DNA from: an uncultured Prolixibacteraceae bacterium | Lineage (GTDB): Bacteria > Bacteroidota > Bacteroidia > Bacteroidales > Prolixibacteraceae | Length of the DNA stretch: 64,000 bases | Reading direction: 5' to 3' | Assembly (NCBI GenBank): GCA_937915865.1 | Contig: CALGIG010000071.1 | Span: forward strand, 41,184 to 105,183 | Shown: positions 1 through 8,574 of the stretch, piece after piece | Position numbering within the stretch: position 1 is the first letter of the stretch | How the letters are laid out: each line of letters opens with the position of its first letter | Translations under genes and position numbers: made by a program | The notes under the pieces: generated by a model | Told to the model about the DNA's origin: nothing | The model's database searches: none | What the model saw: only the letters and a program-made list of their open reading frames with translations

Positions 1-179
1 GCAGAACCGATCCGGGCCAGTTGCATCACTTCCGTTCGGGAAATAGTAAACTGGTCGCTGAACCGGTTGGCGTTCCAATGCTGAAACAGGGCAATATACA
101 GGCTGATGTGATAGGAAGACAGGCGCTCATCTTCGGCCAAACGTTCAAAAAATCCGTTCAAATGCCGGATATAATTCAT
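1..179 (-). CDS. Partial CDS (59 N-terminal codons, continues past the window start). Mobile-element-associated protein of unknown function.
   Basis: Open-ended, so it is absent from the ORF track. The reverse-strand ATG at 179..177 reads MNYIRHLNGFFERLAEDERLSSYHISLYIALFQHWNANRFSDQFTISRTEVMQLARIGS. An ATGA overlap with the stop (178..176) of the upstream HTH gene suggests translational coupling. Confidence 0.45.
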   Translation of the reverse strand, partial: MNYIRHLNGFFERLAEDERLSSYHISLYIALFQHWNANRFSDQFTISRTEVMQLARIGS

Positions 180-472
180 CGCCGGGCTGAAAAGTTAAAA
201 CGATCTTTTTGTTTGCCCGATTCCAGGATTTTCAGGATTTCAGCGGAATCATAAAACAAGATCCCGCCCATCTTGGTAAACGGGATGGTTCCGTTAATGC
301 GCATGTTCTGAAGCGTTCCGGGGGAAATACCCAGCATTTTACGGACTTCACAGGATTTTAACCATTTTTTTGCGGGTTGTCCCTGGCGCTCGTCAAGCAG
401 TCTTTTCAGTTCGGAGAATAATTCGAGTTTAAATTCCCGAAGGTCGTCGGTGGTAATAATTTCTGAAGGCAT
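176..472 (-). CDS. Small helix-turn-helix DNA-binding protein (excisionase/MerR-like HTH type common on Bacteroidota integrative elements).
   Basis: 98 aa. The segment WLKSCEVRKMLGISPGTLQNMRINGTIPFTKMGGILFY looks like a classic HTH. It is coupled to the downstream partial CDS. Confidence 0.7.
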   Translation of the reverse strand: MPSEIITTDDLREFKLELFSELKRLLDERQGQPAKKWLKSCEVRKMLGISPGTLQNMRINGTIPFTKMGGILFYDSAEILKILESGKQKDRFNFSARR

Positions 473-622
473 AATAATTAAATTTAAATTGGTACATTTT
501 GATCTGTCCCAAAATTGAAGCCTTCATTTAAGTTTTGAACCAACGTTGACCCGGACTCCGGCCTGATTTTTTTACAACTCAGACGCTGTTTTTTTGATTT
601 AGGAATTGGATTGTAAAAAATC

Positions 623-871
623 TTATCTTTTTTGTGAATCTCCATTGATCAGGAAATCAGCCCTCCGTAAAGCGATGCATGTCCGGTGATGGGAGCGGAG
701 CTGTTCCAATTCCGGCTCAGAAAGCGAGTTTAATATCCTGATTTGTTCTTCCGGATTATTGAGCTGGTAAGCCTGGATAAACGGGCAATCAGCAACCGGT
801 TCGTCAAACGGGCATCGGAGAAATGCACTGACCAGATCGGCATTTCTATTGTTTTTTTCGGTTTGATACAT
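623..871 (-). CDS. Small Cys-motif protein (C-x8-C ... H-x3-C), unknown function. Paralog of 2572..2775.
   Basis: 82 aa. Contains CPFDEPVADCPF followed about 31 aa later by HHRTC. The same motif spacing occurs in the 2572..2775 product. Confidence 0.45.
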   Translation of the reverse strand: MYQTEKNNRNADLVSAFLRCPFDEPVADCPFIQAYQLNNPEEQIRILNSLSEPELEQLRSHHRTCIALRRADFLINGDSQKR

Positions 872-1198
872 AGTGGTTTATACGTTTTGGATAGAAGATG
901 TTCACATACCGGAATACAAAAAGAAACGTGAACTGCACGTTATTCGTACCAGAGGTATCGTCAAACACCCACACCACAAATAAGCACAGCCCACGCAATA
1001 CACAGGCTGTTCACTTATATTCCTGTGGTGTACATATTTGACGATTTTCCGGTACAAGAATAAAAGCCAACGCTCTTATAATTTTAATATGTCCTTATTT
1101 TCTAAACACTCTACATGATCTTTTAAAATTTGATTCGTTAGATTATTTCCAATAGCTTGTATTCCTGTTTATAATTTCGGCTTATATCCTTATTGTTC

Positions 1199-2050
1199 TC
1201 ATTTCTCATCGCTTTCGTCCATCCTTTTGATCAGGCACTTTTTCATCAGGTCCAGGAAACTTGTACGGTTGCTACGCTCTTTCATCTCGGAAAACGTATG
1301 GTAAAACCTGGGGAGCCTGATGTTAAAGAAAATCTCGTACCCTTTGACCAAATCTTTGATTTCCACTTTCCCGTTATTAATGGCGCCTGTGTCACGGACC
1401 CCGTAGATCATTTCCATCAGGTCGGTTTTACTGCCGGTCCACCTGAAATTGAGATTCGCCTTCTTTAACAGTTTTTGCAGATCAGTAGCCCTTTCAAGCT
1501 CTTCCAATTGCTTGATTTCAGTTTTGCAGTATACAATGATTTTTTCATTGGCCTTTATGGCAGCCAATGTATAGTCATGGCTGGTTGAAAAGGACGGGTC
1601 CACAACAAAATGATGCGCATTCAGGCAGTTTATTGTTTTTGCCCGGACAAAACACTTCTCGTCGAAATGTGTTGACCCGCTCCGGTAATATTGGTACGAC
1701 TCCGGGTTTTCATTAAAAAATTGCTGTGCCTGTGAAATCATCTTTTTTAAATATTTCTTCTGGTCCCTTGCCGTTGTGACCGGCCGCCTGGTTTCTATCT
1801 CGAATAGTTTGGAGAAGTACAGGTATTCTCCGAGAACATACGGTTTGATAACTTTAAAGAAGTTGATTTCTTCTTCCCGTGTTTCAAAGTCATGCCTGCT
1901 GACGTATTCCCGTAATTCCAAAAGTGCTGAAGAACAGAACCCGATGGCTTTTTCAATAACCGGCAGGTCGCTGGTTCCGTCACAACCAAGCTCCTGTAAA
2001 TTGTTCTTCAACACTTCAACTGTTTGTTCCGGGGTGTAGTTTATATTCAC
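1199..2050 (-). CDS. rteC: RteC-family regulatory protein (conjugative-transposon regulator).
   Basis: 283 aa. The size and segments such as EEEINFFKVIKPYVLGEYLYFSKLFEIE match my recollection of RteC proteins of CTnDOT-like elements. Confidence 0.75.
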   Translation of the reverse strand: MNINYTPEQTVEVLKNNLQELGCDGTSDLPVIEKAIGFCSSALLELREYVSRHDFETREEEINFFKVIKPYVLGEYLYFSKLFEIETRRPVTTARDQKKYLKKMISQAQQFFNENPESYQYYRSGSTHFDEKCFVRAKTINCLNAHHFVVDPSFSTSHDYTLAAIKANEKIIVYCKTEIKQLEELERATDLQKLLKKANLNFRWTGSKTDLMEMIYGVRDTGAINNGKVEIKDLVKGYEIFFNIRLPRFYHTFSEMKERSNRTSFLDLMKKCLIKRMDESDEK

Positions 2051-2410
2051 GGCAAACTAAATCTCAGGGGGTTCAACTAAAATGCAATATCCTGTTAAAA
2101 GTGAATTTAACCGCAAAATAAGAGATAAACCCCTGTACGCTGTTGTGAAATGCCCGGTTGAACATTGAGCACAGAACCACTGCGCCCGGAACAAGAACAC
2201 ATTCCATCCTATCCGGAGACTTTCCGACAATTTCATTCTCTCCGGGTAATCCATTTTTTAAATCACACGCCTTTTGATTAATTGTTTCCATAGCTAAAAT
2301 TAAACAGTTAATAGTTGGGCCTCAGTTTAAGGCCGGTTAATATTTTAAACCCATCCACCGGATTCTGTAACCGTTCAATTTTTTATTTCATTTTCAAATC
2401 ATTTCAATTG

Positions 2411-2477
2411 ATAAAAACCAATTCTGTAAGAATTTTACAGAAATGGTTAAACCCGGGAGCATCGAAACACTCCCGGG
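2411..2477 (-). terminator. Tandem hairpins with a U-run downstream of the last gene of the long minus-strand cluster.
   Basis: There is a perfect 8-bp stem cccgggag/ctcccggg at 2452-2477. A 12-bp stem with one mismatch lies at 2418-2446. On the minus strand the second stem is followed by TTTTTAT (2411-2417). Confidence 0.5.
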
Positions 2478-2571
2478 CAACCTTCCTTTTTTCTTAACCA
2501 AAGGGAAGATTTACTTGAACCAAAACCAAACAATGTCAAAAACTCAATACTCTGCTTTTTCAATAATAATT

Positions 2572-2775
2572 TCAGGAAAACCTTTTTGAAATACATTCAA
2601 CCAGATGTTCCGAGGCTGCTTCCTTTCTCAACTGATCCCACTTATTATTCATTTCTGCTTTCTCGCCGAATGACCGGGATTCTATTTCTCTAAACGGACA
2701 ATCTTGCTCCCTCCGTTTGTAGGGGCATTCATAAACCAGACCATATAGAAATACATCTTTATCCACTATTGACAT
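2572..2775 (-). CDS. Small Cys-motif protein (C-x8-C ... H-x3-C), terminal gene of the corrinoid operon.
   Basis: 67 aa. Contains ECPYKRREQDCPF followed about 30 aa later by EHLVEC. It lies 40 bp downstream of the MetH-activation-like gene on the same strand. Confidence 0.5.
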   Translation of the reverse strand: MSIVDKDVFLYGLVYECPYKRREQDCPFREIESRSFGEKAEMNNKWDQLRKEAASEHLVECISKRFS

Positions 2776-2815
2776 TAGTTTTTAAAATATGCATCAATCA
2801 CAATTAATGAAAGAG

Positions 2816-3526
2816 TTAAACCAGTGGTATTTGCATGCCGTCTCTTATTTTCCGGTATATGCATGCTTTACCTGAACAAAGCGTACAAGTATATTCCCGG
2901 TATCTTACACCCTTCCCTATCCCAATTACCCCACTTATCGATTTGACAGGTGTCATCAATGCTGATGCTGTGAGCGACACACCACTCGTACTCCCCTGAA
3001 AAAGGGAAAACAATTTGTGTTGATCCCAAACCGGCCACTGACAATATCCCGGGCTATACCGGTTTGTTATTTTTTCCTGTTTGCTTTCTACCTTCTGTTC
3101 CAAAATAGATTGTAACCGGTCACCTGCCGCTTCTACGATACTGCTGCCTAGCACATCATAGACATAACCGAGCACGGGGTCGTCTCCATGGAGAAGGGTT
3201 TCTGATTTCTGACTGATCACGCTGCCTGCCGTACAAATAAAAAATGCCAGCCGTTCTGACCCACGCATTTCCTTGCACAATGTTTTTCCCACTTCAAACA
3301 CCTCATCATTGATCAGTATTTTATTCTCCTTTTCCAAAATCACAGGATCATCCATAACCCGGTAGCATCCCCGGATATCAGCCAGACATTTAGCTTCTGT
3401 TAACGCCTCTTCCAGATAATAATTAAACGGCGGCGGTAGTTGCCCGCTGGTATATCCTAATATCGATTCAATTTTTTTGTAATCGATTACCAGTTCATCA
3501 AATTTGAAATTAAATTCCCTTATCAT
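2816..3526 (-). CDS. Methionine-synthase (MetH) activation-domain-like protein with a C-terminal Cys cluster.
   Basis: 236 aa. The core NRYSPGYCQWPVWDQHKLFSLF is typical of the B12-dependent methionine synthase activation region family. The C-terminus carries CTLCSGKACIYR. Its start overlaps the COG0523 gene stop (3523-3526). Confidence 0.7.
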   Translation of the reverse strand: MIREFNFKFDELVIDYKKIESILGYTSGQLPPPFNYYLEEALTEAKCLADIRGCYRVMDDPVILEKENKILINDEVFEVGKTLCKEMRGSERLAFFICTAGSVISQKSETLLHGDDPVLGYVYDVLGSSIVEAAGDRLQSILEQKVESKQEKITNRYSPGYCQWPVWDQHKLFSLFQGSTSGVSLTASALMTPVKSISGVIGIGKGVRYREYTCTLCSGKACIYRKIRDGMQIPLV

Positions 3527-4425
3527 GGATTACAATAGCTTTCAAATAGTTCCAAATAGTTTTTTTCTTCAGACTTGCCTATCCCAACCAGTTCTGTGAC
3601 TCCCGGGAACCAATCTACCTGATCAACCGTGACATAATCAAAACTCCCCTGGACTGCCATTTTTCTGTTTCCCGTTATATTCACATAACCTTTGCACCGA
3701 ATGAAACTGTCTTTTATTGAATCGATAAAATCCACTAATCGTTCAAGATTTATTAACCGGCTGCTTTTTATTACGACCGATTGCAAATCAGGCCTGCAAC
3801 TTTCCGTATTTTCCATTTCCGGTAAATATTTGAAAGCTTGTTTCTCCCCTGTAAAGCTGATCCGGGCAAATGAACCTGTCTCTATCCTGGCATATGGATT
3901 GAGCTTCTTAACTGAGTTTGTAACTGATACAACCTGCCCCCTGGCTGCTAAATCATACTTGTTAATAATTACAGTGTCTGCTATGCGTAACTGGTGCTCC
4001 AGGCGCGAACGCAGAAAAGCCAGTTTGTCAAAGTTCCGGGCATCGACAACAGTCCAGCAATGTCCCAGGTAAACTTTGTCCCTGAGCTTGCCGGACTGAA
4101 AGATCTGACCCAGACTGACGGGGTCCGACATACCGGAGGCCTCCATGATGACCTCGTCAGGTGAACTGTCTGTGACAAAAGCTGCCAGTGAATCGATAAA
4201 ACTACCCAGCAAACAAACACAAAAGACCGAACCGTTATTGATCTCCAGCAACCGGTAGGTTCCCTCATGGCTGCGAATAATTTTACCATCCATTCCCGCG
4301 GAAGAAAACTCGTTCTGAATCACCCCGATCTTTCGACCTTTGGAAAAGGTATCCAGGTAATGCATCAGAAAAGTAGTCTTTCCACTTCCTAAAAATCCGG
4401 TAATCAAATGCAGCGGAATACTCAT
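3523..4425 (-). CDS. COG0523/CobW-family G3E GTPase (metallochaperone-like).
   Basis: 300 aa. Has the P-loop GFLGSGKTTF. The usual CxCC motif is degenerate here (CVCLL). Confidence 0.85.
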   Translation of the reverse strand: MSIPLHLITGFLGSGKTTFLMHYLDTFSKGRKIGVIQNEFSSAGMDGKIIRSHEGTYRLLEINNGSVFCVCLLGSFIDSLAAFVTDSSPDEVIMEASGMSDPVSLGQIFQSGKLRDKVYLGHCWTVVDARNFDKLAFLRSRLEHQLRIADTVIINKYDLAARGQVVSVTNSVKKLNPYARIETGSFARISFTGEKQAFKYLPEMENTESCRPDLQSVVIKSSRLINLERLVDFIDSIKDSFIRCKGYVNITGNRKMAVQGSFDYVTVDQVDWFPGVTELVGIGKSEEKNYLELFESYCNP

Positions 4426-4478
4426 TGTTTTATTTTTGAGGTTTTTTCTTAAGGTTTATTCTTAAAGCCCTGATTTTC

Positions 4479-5831
4479 TCAATTCAATGTCATAGCCTTT
4501 TCAATGGCTTTCTCCAGTTCCCTGCGTTGGGGAATCTGGCTGATAAAAGAGATTTGACCGTTGATACAGGTCGTAGGAACATTCTGAACACCCAATGCTT
4601 TCATCATCCGGATACCATCGATGTCTTTTATCTTGTGCTCGTTTACTATGACTTTATCACCGAATGCTGTTGAAGCTTGTTTAACTGCTTCCACCATATA
4701 CTGACAGGGGGCGCAGGAGCCTGAATCCAGGGTAATGATATCAACGACTACTTTGCCTTTCTTCCAATGTGTATCAAGATTCAGGGGTTGAAGCGACGAA
4801 CTGTGTTTCATCTCCCGTGCTACCTGCTGAAGATATTCATCATATACCAGATCCGTTACTGCCTGAAGATTCTCTACCGGGGTATCCATAGGCAAATCGC
4901 ATCCGGGGGCCAATATAAATCCCTTATTACCTCCTGAATCAAGACAACTTACCGCCTCTTTTTTGGAATCCTGCTCGTCGCCCAGCAACAGCACACTGGT
5001 CAGCTTAAGATTGCCGCCAAAGCTGATCCTCTTTGAAAGAGCAATCTGCTTCACGTAATCAAGCGGAATATTTTCGTCAATTGATATGTTGTCCGGGCGA
5101 CAATCACACATCACCCCGATATTTTGCTGGGCATGTCCGCATACAAAAAATGAACTGTATTTTCCGGAGGATCGAACATAGTTGAATATCTGCCGTGCAT
5201 AAGGACTGACAAAAATCTCGAAAGACTGCGGATCAATCTGGCTGGTCATCGGATCAACCACTGCAATTACATCGCAACCTGCATCCAGAAGCATCCTGCT
5301 GTATTTAACGCCCACCTGTGTGCAAAATTCCATCACCTCCAGCACATAATCCGGCTCTTCAAACATTTTCATAAAAATATCGGTCCCTAACAGGTGGAGC
5401 GCAAGGGTGAACGGTCCGGTAATTAACCCGTATAAGGCCAGGTCAGGGAATTTCTTTCGCAACTTTTCCGCTGCATCCAAAACAACCGGGAAGCGGCCAT
5501 CTGTTTTCCGGGGCAATCTCAACGAGTTCAGTTCTACTCCTTCCGAAAGCGGGTGTGAGACCACTGCCGGGGGATTTTCCTTACTCCAGACCAGTTTACA
5601 TCCCAATATCTCGGCCTCAACCTGCAGGTCGAAGATAACCGGAATTCCGTCCGGCCGGTACAGTTCTACCGCCTTACTGACCCCTTCAACAATGAGTTGG
5701 GTTGATTTTAAATACAATTCAGCATCTGCCCCGATCAGCTTTCCGCCATGCACCCCGACAAAAGGCACCCACGGGGTACGTTCAGTTTCTTCTAACCTAA
5801 ACGCTTTCATTATAATCGACAATCCGTTCAT
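4479..5831 (-). CDS. URO-D-family (MtaA/CmuA-like) methyltransferase fused to a C-terminal thioredoxin-like CxxC domain.
   Basis: 450 aa. The N-terminal ~340 aa align by eye with the four other URO-D paralogs (ILAPGCDLPMDTP). The C-terminal ~90 aa carry CAPC and a ...VPTTCINGQ... thioredoxin/glutaredoxin-like layout. Confidence 0.8.
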   Translation of the reverse strand: MNGLSIIMKAFRLEETERTPWVPFVGVHGGKLIGADAELYLKSTQLIVEGVSKAVELYRPDGIPVIFDLQVEAEILGCKLVWSKENPPAVVSHPLSEGVELNSLRLPRKTDGRFPVVLDAAEKLRKKFPDLALYGLITGPFTLALHLLGTDIFMKMFEEPDYVLEVMEFCTQVGVKYSRMLLDAGCDVIAVVDPMTSQIDPQSFEIFVSPYARQIFNYVRSSGKYSSFFVCGHAQQNIGVMCDCRPDNISIDENIPLDYVKQIALSKRISFGGNLKLTSVLLLGDEQDSKKEAVSCLDSGGNKGFILAPGCDLPMDTPVENLQAVTDLVYDEYLQQVAREMKHSSSLQPLNLDTHWKKGKVVVDIITLDSGSCAPCQYMVEAVKQASTAFGDKVIVNEHKIKDIDGIRMMKALGVQNVPTTCINGQISFISQIPQRRELEKAIEKAMTLN

Positions 5832-5834
5832 CTT

Positions 5835-6506
5835 TTACGCTACTTTACTGTTTAAGAATTCCACAACGCCCTGCGGGTCCGAAGAATAAGCATCCGCACC
5901 TATCTTTTTACAAAAGTCTTCGTTTACCGGAGCGCCTCCAATGGCAACCAAGGTTCCCGGAACAGCCTCTTTGATCTCTTTGGTGATTTTTTCCATGTTG
6001 ACCATCGTGGTTGTCAGCAAGGCAGACAATCCAACTACCGCATCCGGATTTTCCCTGACTGCCGTGATAAACTTTTCGGAATTCACGTCTGTACCCAGGT
6101 CTATAACTTTATACCCATTGCCTTCCACCATCATCGCTACCAGGTTTTTACCTATGTCGTGAAGGTCTCCCATAACTGTACCTATAATGAAGGTCCCTTT
6201 TTGTTTGGCCGCTCCCGAGGCAAAATATGGTTTCAGGTGGATCATTGCTGCATTCATCGCTTTTGCTGACATTAACACCTGCGGTACAAATACCTGGTTG
6301 GCCCGAAACTTAAGACCGATTCGTTCCATTCCCGGCATCAATCCTGAAGTCAGGATTTCCTGCGCTTCTACTCCTGCATCCAGCAACTGGCGGGTCAGCT
6401 CATCTGCACCTAACTCTCCCTTCATTTGCGGCGGGTACGGCGATGACTGGTTTATCTTGCCAAACTCTACATACTCTGATAATTTTTGTAATAATTCGTG
6501 CTTCAT
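5835..6506 (-). CDS. Corrinoid (cobalamin-binding) protein, MtaC/MtbC-like.
   Basis: Has the DxHxxG motif (GDLHDIGKN), SALLTTT and IGGAP. I chose the start at the internal ATG 6506 (MKHELLQKLSEYVEFGK) because it aligns with the N-terminus of the paralog at 48269. The ORF track extends to 6563. Confidence 0.9.
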   Translation of the reverse strand: MKHELLQKLSEYVEFGKINQSSPYPPQMKGELGADELTRQLLDAGVEAQEILTSGLMPGMERIGLKFRANQVFVPQVLMSAKAMNAAMIHLKPYFASGAAKQKGTFIIGTVMGDLHDIGKNLVAMMVEGNGYKVIDLGTDVNSEKFITAVRENPDAVVGLSALLTTTMVNMEKITKEIKEAVPGTLVAIGGAPVNEDFCKKIGADAYSSDPQGVVEFLNSKVA

Positions 6507-6682
6507 GATTGTTGTTTTTTTATTTTTATTTTTTGTTGGTTGATAGCCTATCCTTGTTTTCAATCATAGATAAATACATCCCATTGATAAGAAAAGAATT
6601 CCCACAAAAACAGTAGCAGTTGTTTTGAGGAGTATGATCTTTAAATTTAATTGATGGCATTATATCCGATATTAACCCATTT

Positions 6683-7699
6683 TCAGAACTTTACCAAAAT
6701 TTTTAAGATTTCGCCTGTATTTTGAGACCAGTCCCGCATCGCATCCGGTGCATCCTCCGGTTCTACAATTTTGGAGATCAAAATACGCTCATCGAGTTGA
6801 CTGTTCTTCAGATATTTGATTACAGATTCAAAATCAGAAGGATTGGCGTTTCGCGAGCCCATAATTTCCAGTTCTTTTTGCACCCAGAGTTTGGTTGGAA
6901 AAAGGACTTCGTCTTTTGCATAGCCAATACAAACAACTCTTCCACAAAAAGCGACCTCGTCAATTGCAGCTTTATAAGTTACTGGGCTTCCTGCTGCTTC
7001 AATCACTACTGACGGGCCATTGCCGTTTGTCAGCTTCTCAAGCTTCTCATGAAGCTTTTCAAGTTTTGAATTGATAACGTGGTGTGCACCCAGCTTTTTT
7101 GCAGTTTCCAGCTTTGCTTTATCAATATCGACTGCGATCACCGTAGCTCCGCGCAAACTTGCCCTGACAATGGCTCCGCTCCCGATCATGCCGCAACCAA
7201 AAACCAGAACCGTATCCAGATCAGTTACTTTTCCATTATCCACAGCGTGAAAGCCAACCGTCATCGGCTCAACCAGAACCAACTGAAACGCTGAAAGGTC
7301 ATCGTCAACCAAAACCTTTTGCCACGGAACAGCAATGTATTCTGACATTGCCCCATCTCTCTGTACACCAAGAGTCTGGTTATAGCGACAGGCATTAAAC
7401 TTTTTTTGCCGACACGAAGAGCACTGCCCGCAATTAGTGTACGGAACAACCGTTGCCTTTTGGCCGATTCTATAATGACCCGGAACATCATTCCCAACTT
7501 TTTCTATCACTGCTGAAATTTCATGCCCCGGAACCCTGGGGTACTGGACCAGCGGATTTTTACCCAGGTAGGTGCTCAAATCCGAACCGCAAAATCCGAC
7601 ATAAACGATTCTCAACAACACATCCTCTTTTCCCGGGTTGGGCAGTTCCCTGTCAACCAAACTCATCTCTCCCGGTTCTCTTATTTCTATTGCTTTCAT
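6683..7699 (-). CDS. Zn-dependent medium-chain alcohol/polyol dehydrogenase.
   Basis: 338 aa. Contains GFCGSDL and PGHEISAV zinc-ADH signatures and a GxGxxG fold region (VFGCGMIGSG). Confidence 0.85.
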   Translation of the reverse strand: MKAIEIREPGEMSLVDRELPNPGKEDVLLRIVYVGFCGSDLSTYLGKNPLVQYPRVPGHEISAVIEKVGNDVPGHYRIGQKATVVPYTNCGQCSSCRQKKFNACRYNQTLGVQRDGAMSEYIAVPWQKVLVDDDLSAFQLVLVEPMTVGFHAVDNGKVTDLDTVLVFGCGMIGSGAIVRASLRGATVIAVDIDKAKLETAKKLGAHHVINSKLEKLHEKLEKLTNGNGPSVVIEAAGSPVTYKAAIDEVAFCGRVVCIGYAKDEVLFPTKLWVQKELEIMGSRNANPSDFESVIKYLKNSQLDERILISKIVEPEDAPDAMRDWSQNTGEILKILVKF

Positions 7700-7734
7700 T
7701 GTTCCCTCGTGCTAAATTTTTGTTTCCCGATATT

Positions 7735-8562
7735 TTATAGATTGTAAACCCGGATAGCATTCCTTCCAAAGATTTGTTCCTGCTCAAAAGCGCTAAGCCC
7801 GGATATGTTTTTTTTGACCAGATTCAACCATTCAATGTACCTGACAGCCACTAAACAGACCGGCCAGTCTGAGCCGAACAGTAATCGTGACGGGCCAAAA
7901 GCCTCCAAAACCACCTCAAAATAAGGCTGAAGCTGTTTTTCTGTCCAGCTTGTGAAATCTCCTTCCGTGACCATTCCACTGATTTTGCAACACACATTTT
8001 CACGCTTTGCAAATTCCTTAATGTTTTTTTCCCACTCGGCTATCTCATTAATCTTTATTTTTGGTTTTGCAATATGGTCCAGCACGAATTGCTGGTTGGG
8101 ATGCCGATCTACAAAGCGAATAGTGTTAAGCAATTGATGCTCGAAAATCAGGATGTCATACGCTAAACTGTAATTTTTTAGCAAGGATATTCCGCGGTTA
8201 AATTGCTCACCTAAAATAAACTCTGGATCAGGCTCTCCCTGAATAACATGACGAACTGCTTTTAGCCACGTGTTTTGACTATATCGATCCAGTATTTCCC
8301 GAATATTTTCATTGGCAAGCGGGACCCACCCGACAACTCCTTTGATAAATTCATTTTCTGATGCCAGTTTCAGAAGCCAATCCGTTTCTTCTACTATTTG
8401 ACGCGCCTGCACAGAAACCACTCCTCCAACCTCTGTCCCGGCAATCGTTTCCTGCAGATCACGGGGTAAAAAACTCCGCCGGATGGAAGCCATGTCGTCA
8501 TCAATCCAGTCAAAATCAACCGGATTGTAATTCCAAAAATGATGGTGCGTATCGATAATCAT
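7735..8562 (-). CDS. Amidohydrolase_2-family hydrolase, sugar-lactonase-like (L-fucono/rhamnono-lactonase type).
   Basis: 275 aa. The [11 protein letters not shown]-terminus is typical of the COG3618 lactonase group. Its neighbours are a mutarotase and a sugar dehydrogenase. Confidence 0.7.
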   Translation of the reverse strand: MIIDTHHHFWNYNPVDFDWIDDDMASIRRSFLPRDLQETIAGTEVGGVVSVQARQIVEETDWLLKLASENEFIKGVVGWVPLANENIREILDRYSQNTWLKAVRHVIQGEPDPEFILGEQFNRGISLLKNYSLAYDILIFEHQLLNTIRFVDRHPNQQFVLDHIAKPKIKINEIAEWEKNIKEFAKRENVCCKISGMVTEGDFTSWTEKQLQPYFEVVLEAFGPSRLLFGSDWPVCLVAVRYIEWLNLVKKNISGLSAFEQEQIFGRNAIRVYNL

Positions 8563-8574
8563 AGGCTTACGGTT

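Noticed and set aside
21-254. 77-aa plus-strand ORF at the window start.
   Set aside because: It lies antisense to two translationally coupled minus-strand genes (1..179 and 176..472) that have recognisable protein features. It is probably a shadow ORF.
1193-2039. ORFs 1193..1468(+), 1776..2039(+) and 1795..1989(-) overlapping rteC.
   Set aside because: They are antisense or out-of-frame overlaps of a well-supported 283-aa RteC gene and carry no motifs.
2057-2497. Small ORFs 2057..2254(-), 2073..2291(-) and 2315..2497(+) between rteC and the corrinoid operon.
   Set aside because: They overlap one another, have no recognisable motifs, and the region contains the terminator-like hairpins. I could not support any of them as genes.
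6507-6682. Cobalamin riboswitch upstream of the corrinoid genes. I also checked 48244-48268 and the leaders of other operons.
   Set aside because: I could not find a B12-box-like conserved core or the expected multi-stem architecture by eye. An Infernal scan would settle the question.
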